64,000 nucleotides of DNA from Candidatus Kaiserbacteria bacterium (GTDB lineage: Bacteria > Patescibacteriota > Minisyncoccia > Phycocordibacterales > UBA918). The stretch spans positions 18,562 to 82,561 of the forward strand of contig JACQKD010000014.1 in the NCBI GenBank assembly GCA_016204695.1, written 5' to 3'. How positions within the stretch are numbered: position 1 is the first letter of the stretch; each line of letters opens with the position of its first letter. The notes under the pieces are model-generated. The model did no database searches. It was not told the DNA's origin and saw nothing but the letters and a program-made list of their open reading frames with translations. Position numbers and translations under genes: made by a program. Below are positions 18,336 to 27,633 of this stretch, in pieces.

Positions 18336-19076
18336 ATGAGATTTGAAAACAAAGTGGTCCTAGTCACCGGTTCGAGCCGCGGAATCGGCAGAGCCACCGC
18401 GCTCGCTTTCGCGCAGGAGGGCGCACATGTGACAATAAATTACGAGAAGAACCGTGCTGATGCAGAGGACACAGTAGCCGAGATCAGAAAGATCGGCAGG
18501 GATGCTATTGCAATTCAAGCAGATGTGGCTATCGAGGATGATGTCAAAAGAATGCTTCAGGAGGCCGTAGCGCATTTCGGCGGCATAGATGTTCTCGTAA
18601 ATAACGCGGGCATCGTCTTTGATGTGCCAATACTGGAAAAGACGGTAGAGCAGTGGCAACGTACGCTTGCTGTTAATCTGATCGGGACTTTTCTGTGTAT
18701 CAAAGAGACGGTTCCGTATCTTACCGAAAGATCAGGATCGTCAATAGTTACTATTTCTTCAAATAACGGCATCGACACCGGCAGTCCGGAATCCGCCGAC
18801 TACGACGCTTCCAAAGCGGGTATTATCAGCCTAACTAAGAATTTTGCTCAAGCGTTGGCTCCCAAAATCAGAGTTAATTCCGTCGCTCCCGGTTGGATCG
18901 ACACGGACATGAACAAAGATCTGCCGGTAGAGTTTGTGGAAAGTGAGACGCAAAAAACGGCCTTGAAAAGATGGGCAAAGCCGGAGGAAATAGCAAAAGC
19001 CGCCTTGTTCTTATGCTCCGATGACGCCAGTTTCATCACTGGTTCCATTTTGGTAGCAGATGGCGGTTATCGGTAA
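18336..19076 (+). CDS. SDR family oxidoreductase (FabG-like)
   Basis: TGSSRGIGRA (cofactor-binding), NNAG, YDASKAG (catalytic YxxxK). Confidence 0.85.
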   Translation: MRFENKVVLVTGSSRGIGRATALAFAQEGAHVTINYEKNRADAEDTVAEIRKIGRDAIAIQADVAIEDDVKRMLQEAVAHFGGIDVLVNNAGIVFDVPILEKTVEQWQRTLAVNLIGTFLCIKETVPYLTERSGSSIVTISSNNGIDTGSPESADYDASKAGIISLTKNFAQALAPKIRVNSVAPGWIDTDMNKDLPVEFVESETQKTALKRWAKPEEIAKAALFLCSDDASFITGSILVADGGYR

Positions 19077-19083
19077 ATACAGT

Positions 19084-19713
19084 ATGGCAACTAAAAGTCC
19101 ATTCATCATCGGAGTCAACGGGTCGCCGCATACGGATGGGATCGTCTATGAGTTGCTCAATGCGGTAATGGAAGCGGCCGCAAAAGCGGGAGCCGAGACG
19201 CGGATCATCAATCTCTACGAGCTCTTGATGATTCCCACCCCCGGCAACTACAGCAGGGATCATGCCTCCGAAACAATCGAGAACGCGCCAAAGGACGACA
19301 TCACCGCGCTCTATCCGGAGATTCTGCGTTCGGATGCGCTTGTCCTCGCAACGCCCGTCTACTGGGCCAATATGAGTGCCGTCATGAAAAATTTCATCGA
19401 GCACTTGACGCCGCTTGAGAGCGACGGATTTCATCTTGAAGGCAAGCTCGCGGCGGTGATCGCCGCATCGAAAGAAAACGAAGGCGGTGTCGAAATGGCC
19501 GCTATGGCGATGGTCGCGCCGCTGATGCAGATGGGTATGCTCATGCCGCCGAACAGCGTCATGTGGTATCCCGGCCAGTGGATGGGCGGGCGCACCGACT
19601 ATACCGACTGGGCAAAACGCGAAGCGCCAGAAGTCGGCCGAAGCATGGTGGAGCTGATCAGTCTTTTGCGCGAACATCCGATCGAATGGACCCACTATGA
19701 ACCAGGATTTTGA
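19084..19713 (+). CDS. NADPH-dependent FMN reductase / flavodoxin-like fold protein
   Basis: IIGVNGSPHTDG ... LVLATPVYWANMSAVMK, typical of the NADPH-dependent FMN reductase family; start at internal Met MATKSP. Confidence 0.55.
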   Translation: MATKSPFIIGVNGSPHTDGIVYELLNAVMEAAAKAGAETRIINLYELLMIPTPGNYSRDHASETIENAPKDDITALYPEILRSDALVLATPVYWANMSAVMKNFIEHLTPLESDGFHLEGKLAAVIAASKENEGGVEMAAMAMVAPLMQMGMLMPPNSVMWYPGQWMGGRTDYTDWAKREAPEVGRSMVELISLLREHPIEWTHYEPGF

Positions 19714-20122
19714 TAATCGGATCATCCTCGTGATACGTCACGATCTCGCGGGCTGGCAAACCGCAAACACGATCGCGCACATCAGCGGCTACCTTGGTAA
19801 TCGGCTGGAGAGACGTTTCGGCACCGGCGATTTTTTCGTGACAAGCGACGGCGTACGCCATCCGCGCAACTCCCAATATCCGATCATCATCAAGCGCGCG
19901 AAAAGCAACGAGCAACTCCACAACCTCATGGAAAAAATACGGACGGCGGAAGTCTTGTACCACGGATTTGTGAGAGAAATGATCGACTTCAACGGAGACG
20001 CCGACGTACAGGAGTGCTTTGGTAAAAAGCTGGACGCGGAAGTGGAATATCTGGGCATCGGCGTTTTCGGCCTCAATGACGTCGTAAACGCACTCACCAA
20101 AAAATTCGGTCTGTGGGAATAA
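19697..20122 (+). CDS. DUF2000-like (PTH2-fold) protein
   Basis: IILVIRHDLAGWQTANTIAHISGYLG resembles the DUF2000/peptidyl-tRNA-hydrolase-2-like family; tentative. Confidence 0.35.
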   Translation: MNQDFDNRIILVIRHDLAGWQTANTIAHISGYLGNRLERRFGTGDFFVTSDGVRHPRNSQYPIIIKRAKSNEQLHNLMEKIRTAEVLYHGFVREMIDFNGDADVQECFGKKLDAEVEYLGIGVFGLNDVVNALTKKFGLWE

Positions 20123-20126
20123 CATA

Positions 20127-20166
20127 CCGCCCGCGCCTTTCGGCGCGGGCGGCGTGTCTTTTATTC
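20127..20166. terminator. rho-independent terminator (bidirectional hairpin)
   Basis: ccgcccgcgcc-tttc-ggcgcgggcgg hairpin followed by a T-run (tgtcttttatt); A-rich on the opposite strand as well. Confidence 0.6.
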
Positions 20167-20466
20167 ACTTTCTACTCTTCAGGAGTTTCCGCCTCTTCTT
20201 CGTCATCGTCCTCACCTTCATCTTCAGGAGCTATTACCTCATCTTGCATCAGATCCGGATTGGTGTCTGTAGTGTCGTCCATCATAAGCCATTTGACGAT
20301 TACTTGATAAGAATGCTAACAAAACGCGCGGAGCACCTAAACATTACACGCGTCTAACATACAGCTACGACCGATGGCACATGGCCGCATCAAGTATAGC
20401 AAGCGATACCAAGCCCGCAAGAGCACATGAAAGATGGCCGGATGGCCGCGACACGAACGGACGTAT

Positions 20467-20482
20467 GGTATACTGACTCCGT
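20467..20482 (+). promoter_or_regulatory. extended -10 promoter (TGgTATACT) ending 8 nt before the htrA-like ATG; leaderless transcript inferred
   Basis: tgg TATACT gactccgt ATG. Confidence 0.35.
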
Positions 20483-21727
20483 ATGGAACGCGGTGGCGCA
20501 CCACGAGGGCTGTTGTCAATCGTCGTGTCGGCGGCGGTAACCGCCGCCGTCACGACGATTGCCGTCTTCTGGTTGATCGAAACGCATCCTCAATCATTCA
20601 CACAGCTTTTACGCATTCCGCCCGCGAACACCGAAGAAACACTCGGCGTCGATTCTTCCGACACCGCCGAGACGGCAGTGATTGACGCGGTGAAGAAAAC
20701 AAGTCCGGCCGTCGTTGCGATCACTATTTCGAAAAACGTTCCGGTCTACGAGCAATACTATGAAAGCGTACCGAGTCCTTGGAGCGACTTCTTCGGGGAC
20801 GGCTTCAACTTCAGCGTGCCCCGCATGCGTGAGAAGGGGACCGAAAAAAAAGAAGTCGGCGGCGGGTCGGGTTTCCTCGTTTCCGAGGATGGCTACATCA
20901 TTACCAACCGCCATGTCGTCTCGGACGAAGAAGCGGAATATATGGTGTTTATGAACGACGGCAAGCAATACCCCACGACCGTCGTCGCCCGCGACCCGGT
21001 ACTCGATCTTGCCGTCATCAAGATTGAACCGGAAACATTAGGGGGCGGATTCCCCTACCTTTCTTTCGGCGACTCCGATGCGATTCAGGTGGGACAGACC
21101 GTCATCACGATCGGCAACGCGCTCGCCGAATTTCGCAATACCGTATCGGTCGGCGTGGTATCGGGCCTCGCGCGCTCGATCGTCGCATCCGATCATAGCG
21201 GACAGTCGGAAGCTCTCGACCAGCTTATTCAGACCGACGCCGCCATCAACCAAGGCAACTCCGGCGGGCCGCTCCTCAATCTCTCAGGCGAAGTGGTCGG
21301 CGTCAATGTCGCGGTCGCGAGCGGCGCGGAGAATATCGGGTTTGCCGTGAGCGGCAACAGTGCCAAGAGCATTATTGAGTCGGTACAGCGGACCGGCAGG
21401 ATTGTACGCCCCTATCTCGGCGTACGATACGTACCGGTGACACCCGAGCTGAAAGAGAAGAACAATCTGCCGACAGACTACGGCATGCTTGTCTCGGGCG
21501 GCGTGAGATCCGATGAGCTTGCGGTCATTCCCGGCTCGCCGGCGGACAAGGCGGGCATCGTGGAAAATGACATCATTCTCGAAGTGGATCGTATGAAACT
21601 CACTCCCGACAAAAATCTCGCCGCCATCATACGCGGCAAAAAGGTGGGCGACACCGTCGATCTCAAAGTACTCCACAAGGGAGAAGAGAAAAACATCCGC
21701 GTCACTCTCGAAGAAATGAAATCCTGA
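20483..21727 (+). CDS. HtrA/DegP family serine protease with PDZ domain
   Basis: N-terminal TM segment, trypsin-like catalytic motifs (HV..D, GNSGGPLLN), C-terminal PDZ-like region. Confidence 0.85.
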   Translation: MERGGAPRGLLSIVVSAAVTAAVTTIAVFWLIETHPQSFTQLLRIPPANTEETLGVDSSDTAETAVIDAVKKTSPAVVAITISKNVPVYEQYYESVPSPWSDFFGDGFNFSVPRMREKGTEKKEVGGGSGFLVSEDGYIITNRHVVSDEEAEYMVFMNDGKQYPTTVVARDPVLDLAVIKIEPETLGGGFPYLSFGDSDAIQVGQTVITIGNALAEFRNTVSVGVVSGLARSIVASDHSGQSEALDQLIQTDAAINQGNSGGPLLNLSGEVVGVNVAVASGAENIGFAVSGNSAKSIIESVQRTGRIVRPYLGVRYVPVTPELKEKNNLPTDYGMLVSGGVRSDELAVIPGSPADKAGIVENDIILEVDRMKLTPDKNLAAIIRGKKVGDTVDLKVLHKGEEKNIRVTLEEMKS

Positions 21728-21807
21728 CCAAATTGGACATCTGACCTTTGTGGTCATGCGGCTATCTATCCACATTGATTTTTCTTATCGGACGTGTAAG
21801 TGGTACT

Positions 21808-23046
21808 ATGAGCGTATTCATGTCACATCCCATCATGCTTTCATCACCTTCGTATAATCGTCGCGAGCTTGCGATATCCTTCATTATTGCCCTTTTCCTT
21901 CTTTTGGCATGTCTTACTCCAGCGTATGCCGTCGCGGCGGAACTCGAAGTATCCGGCTGGATCCCGTACTGGAGCGGAACAAAAGGTCCGAAGGATGTAC
22001 AAAAGCATCTTAACGCGCTCTCCGAAATACATCCGTTCGGCTACTCGATCAAAGAAGACGGCACACTGCACAATCTTGTCGATATCGAAAACAGTTCATG
22101 GGAAAAGCTCATTCTGCGTGCGCGGGAGGGAGACGTACTCGTATCACCGACCATCACGACAAGCGACGGCGCGCTCGTGCACGAGCTTCTTTCGGATGAA
22201 GAAAAACGCGAAAAGCACATAGCGGAGATTATTGAGATGGTAGAAGAGGGCGGCTATGACGGCGTCAATATCGACTATGAAGGCAAAAAGACTGAAACCA
22301 AGGAGTATTTCTCCCTGTTTTTGCGCGAGCTCAAGAGTGCTCTGCGAGAAAAACGCTTGAGCTGTGCGATAGAAGCACGGACACCGCCGGATTCTCTCTA
22401 TAAGACAGTCCCTGAAAATCTCGAATACGCCAACGACTACAAGCAGATCGGTCTCTCCTGCGACGTGGTGGAGATCATGGCGTACGATCAGCAGAGAGCG
22501 GATATCAAACTCAACAACACCCGTCGCGGCATGCCGTATATGCCGGTCGCCGATGTCGATTGGGTGCGCAAGGTGGTCAATCTTGCGGCGATCACCATTC
22601 CCGAAGAAAAAATCATCCTCGGCATCCCGACCTACGGCACCGAGTATGAAGTCACCGTCTCGCCGAATTGGTTCCAAGACTACAAACGCGTTCGCGCGCT
22701 GAATCCCGACGCCGCCACCGCACTCGCAAAAAAACAAAAAGTAAAAATGAGTCGTAACAGCGCGGGTGAGATGGCATTCTCATACGCCACTGACGCGACC
22801 TCATCGAAAGTGAAGGGCTACAAGGTGCCGAGCAGGACTCCCGGCGGAAACAAAGTCGCCGCCCAAGCACTCGCCTATGCAAACAAAACGGGGAAGACCA
22901 CTTATTTCAATGTCGTCTCATGGAGCGATGCGGACGCGATAGAAGCGAAGGTCAAGCTTGCCCGCGAACTCGATCTCCGCGGCGTCGCCATTTTCAAATT
23001 TGACGGAGAAGAAGACCCCGATCTGTGGGACCTTTTTGAGGAATAG
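21808..23046 (+). CDS. glycoside hydrolase family 18 protein (chitinase/peptidoglycan hydrolase-like), secreted
   Basis: GH18 catalytic motif DGVNIDYE (DxxDxDxE); signal peptide/TM at the N-terminus; start at internal Met of ORF 21748. Confidence 0.7.
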   Translation: MSVFMSHPIMLSSPSYNRRELAISFIIALFLLLACLTPAYAVAAELEVSGWIPYWSGTKGPKDVQKHLNALSEIHPFGYSIKEDGTLHNLVDIENSSWEKLILRAREGDVLVSPTITTSDGALVHELLSDEEKREKHIAEIIEMVEEGGYDGVNIDYEGKKTETKEYFSLFLRELKSALREKRLSCAIEARTPPDSLYKTVPENLEYANDYKQIGLSCDVVEIMAYDQQRADIKLNNTRRGMPYMPVADVDWVRKVVNLAAITIPEEKIILGIPTYGTEYEVTVSPNWFQDYKRVRALNPDAATALAKKQKVKMSRNSAGEMAFSYATDATSSKVKGYKVPSRTPGGNKVAAQALAYANKTGKTTYFNVVSWSDADAIEAKVKLARELDLRGVAIFKFDGEEDPDLWDLFEE

Positions 23047-23109
23047 TATTTTGCATGGAAGTCGTGGTAGACTCGGTGCGGAGTTAGAAAGGAGGTGTAA
23101 GAAGAGAGA

Positions 23110-23154
23110 CCACTACGCGTCGCTGACAGGTTGCGCGTAGTGGTTTTTAATTTT
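23110..23154 (+). terminator. rho-independent terminator
   Basis: cactacgcg-(loop)-cgcgtagtg followed by gtttttaatttt. Confidence 0.5.
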
Positions 23155-23232
23155 CATATTACAGTATTACTCCGTTCGCGAATCGGCAAAAAACGGCTCA
23201 AAATAAAGGTTTTGAAACTACATCGGAACATA

Positions 23233-23265
23233 ATGCTTGACAATATGTCAAGCATATGCTAATGT
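23233..23265 (+). promoter_or_regulatory. sigma70-like promoter (-35 TTGACA 23237-42, -10 TAATGT 23260-65) embedded in a 10-3-10 palindrome (putative operator)
   Basis: atgcttgaca-ata-tgtcaagcat, a perfect inverted repeat overlapping the -35 hexamer; 17-bp spacer to TAATGT. Confidence 0.4.
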
Positions 23266-23398
23266 GCTAGGAGGTCAAAAGTGTCCTGCAAGCCGCATGT
23301 TGCCTCCCCAAACCGGGAGCACAGGCTGCGGCAACCGCAGGACAAGACAAGGTCTCCAAATGCGACCATGGCAATGCCGGGCGCAAAGGGGAGCGATC

Positions 23399-24271
23399 AT
23401 GTTGAACCGTTTTTTTGTCATTGTTGTAGCGTTGTTGATCGGTTTGAGTTTGGTAGGCAGTGTTGTCGCTCAAGAAAGCCGACTTCTCGGAGATGTGGTA
23501 GTGACCACCGGGGGTGATATACAGTCCCTCTCGAGTGGGACCATACCACAAGCGACCCCCGTTCCACCCTGCCCACCCAGTTCTGGTGGAATTGTTGTTG
23601 ACGGGTGTACCGATGACTGGATTGGCATCGAGCCGATTGTCGTGGACCCGAAGGGTGATTTTGATTCGAGGGCAGATGTCGTTCAGTTTTCCATAATGAA
23701 CGACTCTGAAAATGTTTACGTCCTCTTTCAATTTTCAGTTCCGCCGACGTCTGCCACGTTTCTTCTCATCAACGCTGATGGGAAGCGCAACACCGGTTGT
23801 GATCCCGGCCGACTCGGAATGGATATTGGGGTGACCTTCGACCCCAATTTTGGAGCGTACGCGGGCGATGCCCGAGACTGCGGTTGGGGATCCGAGGAAT
23901 TCCCCAAGGCAGTCAAGATGGTGACTCGAGGAAAGTTTCTCGAGGCGTCCATTCCAATCTCCTTACTTAGGGCAGTTGTGTCTGGGGTGAGGATTCTTGA
24001 GATCACCGGGGCCAATGATTTTTTTGGTCCCGTGAGGTACGAGGTTCGAGTACCAGCGATAGTCGGTGCCACTGCAGGACAGGGACTGGACTTGCTGGTT
24101 GCCCCCATTTGTCACAACCTAACGACCAGCCGGCGTGTCGCCGGCAAGCGTGGCAGTCTGGAGATAGACTGCCGGAAACTCGGGTTGGCAATCAGACCGG
24201 GGGACGTGGTTGAAATACGTTTTCTCGGCTTAGTGAACAAAAGGAGTCAGGGAGACGAACCAAGGGGCTAG
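23399..24271 (+). CDS. secreted hypothetical protein
   Basis: Start at internal ATG (MLNRFFVIVVALLIGLSLVGSVVA signal peptide) with GGGGAG RBS; the ORF-track start 23237 is a TTG inside the promoter. Confidence 0.55.
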   Translation: MLNRFFVIVVALLIGLSLVGSVVAQESRLLGDVVVTTGGDIQSLSSGTIPQATPVPPCPPSSGGIVVDGCTDDWIGIEPIVVDPKGDFDSRADVVQFSIMNDSENVYVLFQFSVPPTSATFLLINADGKRNTGCDPGRLGMDIGVTFDPNFGAYAGDARDCGWGSEEFPKAVKMVTRGKFLEASIPISLLRAVVSGVRILEITGANDFFGPVRYEVRVPAIVGATAGQGLDLLVAPICHNLTTSRRVAGKRGSLEIDCRKLGLAIRPGDVVEIRFLGLVNKRSQGDEPRG

Positions 24272-24298
24272 GATCACCGGCCGGAAGTGGTGAGCATA

Positions 24299-24358
24299 GG
24301 GGGTGTGATCGGCGCATGTTTGCGCGCAACGATCACACCCCCTTCTGTATTTTTGTCT
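24299..24358 (+). terminator. rho-independent terminator (13-bp stem)
   Basis: gggggtgtgatcg ... cgatcacaccccc followed by ttctgtatttttg. Confidence 0.55.
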
Positions 24359-24857
24359 CCCATTCTGTTTTTGATTTAAATTGTGCTACCAGTACACACG
24401 GCCGGAGACAAAGAAAGGAGGTGTCTCAAAAATTAAGAAAAAGCTGCATAAGCAGCAAACGGACGGATCGCCGCGCGCAAAAAATGCTTGTCGAAAGCCC
24501 GCGGCGATTTTTATATTTGACAGTGCCTGTTCTTGTCACGTCATGGTGGCATATTCCTCGCGTGTGGTGTATTGCACTCATCCTTTTCGGTCGCCCGGTA
24601 CGCGTGCGAGGATGTAAGAGCACATTATCCTGGCGTATAATCATAAGAGAGAGTGTGAAAGAAGTGACCAAGATACTTGCCGCATGTTTGTGGCAAGTAT
24701 GGCAGGAAAGAGCGCTCTGAAGGAGACCGGAATGAAGACTTTGGTCATTGTGTTGATAGGTTTGACATGTGTGGCGTATGAGCTGATTAACGGCATATGG
24801 GCGATGCACCTGCTGTTTTGTTTTAGACCGCGTTGTGTTTGCTCCAGCCGGTAATTT

Positions 24858-24873
24858 TGTATAATGAGAACTC
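24858..24873 (+). promoter_or_regulatory. extended -10 promoter (TGTATAAT) 8 nt upstream of the ABC ATPase ATG; leaderless transcript inferred
   Basis: ttTGtATAAT gagaactc ATG. Confidence 0.35.
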
Positions 24874-25839
24874 ATGTCAAATGCCGTTGAAGTAAAAAAT
24901 CTGGTGAAGCGATATAAGAAAGCGGAGAGAAATGCTGTCGACGACGTGTCGTTTTCCGTCAGCGAGGGAGAGTTTTTCACACTGCTCGGTCCCAATGGCG
25001 CGGGAAAGACGACCACCATTTCCATACTCACGACCATGCTCACCAAAACCGCCGGCACGGTGACGATCGGCGGATATGACATAGATAAGCATGAAAAGAC
25101 GATCCGCGAACGCATCGGCGTGATTTTCCAAGCGCCAAGCATAGACATGAATCTCACCGCCGAAGAAAACATCCGCCTCCACGCTTCACTCTACGGCCTC
25201 TATACTTTCATGCCCATGTTTTCAATAATGTCGGAAGCGTACAAAAAGCAAGTGCTCATGCTCGCCGAGCTGATCGGCATAAAGGATGCGCTGTTTGATC
25301 CGATAAAAACATTTTCCGGGGGCATGAAGCGCAAACTTGAGATCGTACGCGGACTGATGCATCGGCCCGCCGTGCTCTTTCTGGATGAACCGACGACCGG
25401 CCTCGATCCGGTGAGTCGCCGGACGCTTTGGGAATACCTCCACGACGTGCGCAGACGCGAGCGCACCACCGTCTTTCTCACGACCCATTACCTCGACGAG
25501 GCCGAGAACGCCGATCACGTCTGCGTGATCGATGAGGGGAAGGTGCTCCTCTACGGTACGCCGCGCGACATGAAAGACCGGCTCGTACAAGAGTATCTTC
25601 TGCTTGACGCGGATGACCGCGACGGACTGCTCCGCGATCTCTCGGCATGGCGGACGCAGATCGTCGACGAGCACGCGCGTCCTCTGCGGATCCGTCTCCG
25701 CAACAACGAACAGGCGCAAGAGATCATTCGCGCCGCGGGCGTATCGTTTTCGCACCTCGATATCGAGCATCCGACACTCGAAGAAGCGTATGTAAAACTT
25801 ATCGAAAAAAGCACGGCGGAAACGCCCGCAACCGTATGA
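24874..25839 (+). CDS. ABC transporter ATP-binding protein (ABC-2 exporter type)
   Basis: Walker A GPNGAGKTT, signature SGGMKRK, Walker B LFLDEPTTGLD, H-loop. Confidence 0.9.
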   Translation: MSNAVEVKNLVKRYKKAERNAVDDVSFSVSEGEFFTLLGPNGAGKTTTISILTTMLTKTAGTVTIGGYDIDKHEKTIRERIGVIFQAPSIDMNLTAEENIRLHASLYGLYTFMPMFSIMSEAYKKQVLMLAELIGIKDALFDPIKTFSGGMKRKLEIVRGLMHRPAVLFLDEPTTGLDPVSRRTLWEYLHDVRRRERTTVFLTTHYLDEAENADHVCVIDEGKVLLYGTPRDMKDRLVQEYLLLDADDRDGLLRDLSAWRTQIVDEHARPLRIRLRNNEQAQEIIRAAGVSFSHLDIEHPTLEEAYVKLIEKSTAETPATV

Positions 25840-26756
25840 ACGATACATCTGCAAAAAACTTTTCGGAACCTCCGGGATACGAAGCGGCGAAAGAGGAGAA
25901 TCCGAGACATACGCCCTCGCACGACGACGGCTTGAATAACGAAAGCAATGAAGCGGACAGGGTTTCCGGGGAGTTTTTCCGAGAGGTTAACGCCGTCATG
26001 ACTATCGCGCTCCGCGATCTCACAAAGCTTTTCCGTGACCGCCCGCGACTCGTAGCAGGGCTCATCTTCCCGATCATTTTCATCGGCGTCCTTGGCGGAG
26101 GACTCAACGCCAGCTTCGGCAAAGTGCTCGACTACGACTTCTTGACGTTCGTCTTTACCGGTGTTCTCGCGCAGACGATGTTCACCTCGACCGCTTCGGG
26201 TGTCATCTCGCTCGTGCAAGACAGGGAGAACGACTTCAGCAGAGAGTTGTTCGTCGCACCGATCTCGCGTTATACCATCGTCATCGGCAAGATCGCCGGT
26301 GAGTCGCTCGTCTCGCTCTGGCAGGCGATCGGCGTGATGGTCTTCGGCCTCATCATCGGCGTACCGCTCACCGTCATACTTGTCCTGAAGCTCCTGCCGA
26401 TACTTCTCATCATCAGCTTTCTCGGCGGCGCGTTCGGCATTCTCGTGCTCGCCAATCTCGGGAGTCAGCGCACGGCAAACCAGATTTTTCCGTTTCTCAT
26501 CTTCCCGCAGTTTTTCCTTGCCGGCGTGTTCAATCCGATCACCGCGCTCCCGCTCTACCTGTCCCTGCCGTCAAAGCTGGTACCACTGACCTACGCCGTC
26601 GACTTTCTTCGAAGCATCTACTTCCGCGGATCTCCCGCGTACGAAGAAATAGTCCTCTTTTCGCCCGTCGCGGACTTTGTCGTCATCGCGGTCGTCTCTC
26701 TCATATTTCTTGTAGCCGGCACCTACCTTTTCGCCCGCAGTGAGCGGAACAGGTAG
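25836..26756 (+). CDS. ABC-2 family transporter permease
   Basis: Six predicted TM helices; ATGA overlap with the upstream ATPase; start at internal Met MNDTSAKN (the ORF-track start 25647 lies inside the ATPase gene). Confidence 0.8.
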   Translation: MNDTSAKNFSEPPGYEAAKEENPRHTPSHDDGLNNESNEADRVSGEFFREVNAVMTIALRDLTKLFRDRPRLVAGLIFPIIFIGVLGGGLNASFGKVLDYDFLTFVFTGVLAQTMFTSTASGVISLVQDRENDFSRELFVAPISRYTIVIGKIAGESLVSLWQAIGVMVFGLIIGVPLTVILVLKLLPILLIISFLGGAFGILVLANLGSQRTANQIFPFLIFPQFFLAGVFNPITALPLYLSLPSKLVPLTYAVDFLRSIYFRGSPAYEEIVLFSPVADFVVIAVVSLIFLVAGTYLFARSERNR

Positions 26757-26956
26757 CGGCGTACCGAGCAGGAACCATACGTATGATTTCCTCGCGCTCT
26801 TTGTGTTTGTCCCCACGGAGCAAGCGGGTACGCCGCGGACCGTAGTACCATTGGAGGTGTTCCCGACTGTCATTTGTTCTTCCGGCTCTCGGCGGAGAGA
26901 GCGAGACGGTGACATGCGTAATCAGCCGATCGTTTTCCCATAATCTCTTCGCATAC

Positions 26957-27592
26957 ATGCAGAAATACATCTCTTTCGTACTTGTCCTTGCGGTACTGCT
27001 GTTGCCGATGAGCGCCGATGCTCGGGTCCCGCAGGAACTTGACCTCGACTTTCTCTTCGAGGAAGGCCCGCATCTGCCGTCATCAATACTGCAGAAAATT
27101 TTACCGCTTGGGAAAAGTGTGCTCGGAGCGTCAACGCAGACCACGGTCGGTTCGGTCGTACCGAAAAAGCTGGGGAGTACGTTCACCAGTTTTTTCGGCG
27201 ACATCTCAATACGGCATCCGAAAGGCTGGCGCACGTACGAAGACTATGACGAAAATGCCGCATATACGCTGATAGCGAATGCAGACCTCACTGCGAGTAT
27301 CAGCGTCACGCGTTTTGACGCGCCGGACACCACGGTGGAAGAGCTGACGGATTATGCCGCGAGCCGCTGTGCGGACTGTACGTTCGAGGTGTTATCGACC
27401 GGCAAAGCCAAGCTCGGGCCGGTAAAAGGCACATACCTCGACCTCACAAGCGGCGTCTGGCATAAAAAAGCATATATCCTTCTAAAGGACGAGGTCGGTT
27501 ACGTCATCGAGACAACCGCATATGAAAATGAATGGAGATCGTATCGCTCGATTCTCGAAAAAAGCGCAAAAAGTTTTAAAATTTTGGAATAA
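26957..27592 (+). CDS. secreted hypothetical protein
   Basis: Signal peptide MQKYISFVLVLAVLLLPMSADA; no known motif. Confidence 0.5.
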   Translation: MQKYISFVLVLAVLLLPMSADARVPQELDLDFLFEEGPHLPSSILQKILPLGKSVLGASTQTTVGSVVPKKLGSTFTSFFGDISIRHPKGWRTYEDYDENAAYTLIANADLTASISVTRFDAPDTTVEELTDYAASRCADCTFEVLSTGKAKLGPVKGTYLDLTSGVWHKKAYILLKDEVGYVIETTAYENEWRSYRSILEKSAKSFKILE

Positions 27593-27633
27593 CCGTCTGG
27601 GGCGGAACATGCCGCGATCACTCCGTATACCGT

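Noticed and set aside
23281-23517. 78-aa ORF starting at a GTG after AGGAGG (23268-23273) in the leader of the secreted-protein gene
   Set aside because: It overlaps the better-supported signal-peptide gene in another frame and its Cys/Arg-rich translation is not protein-like. The AGGAGG is more likely part of the leader or a chance match.
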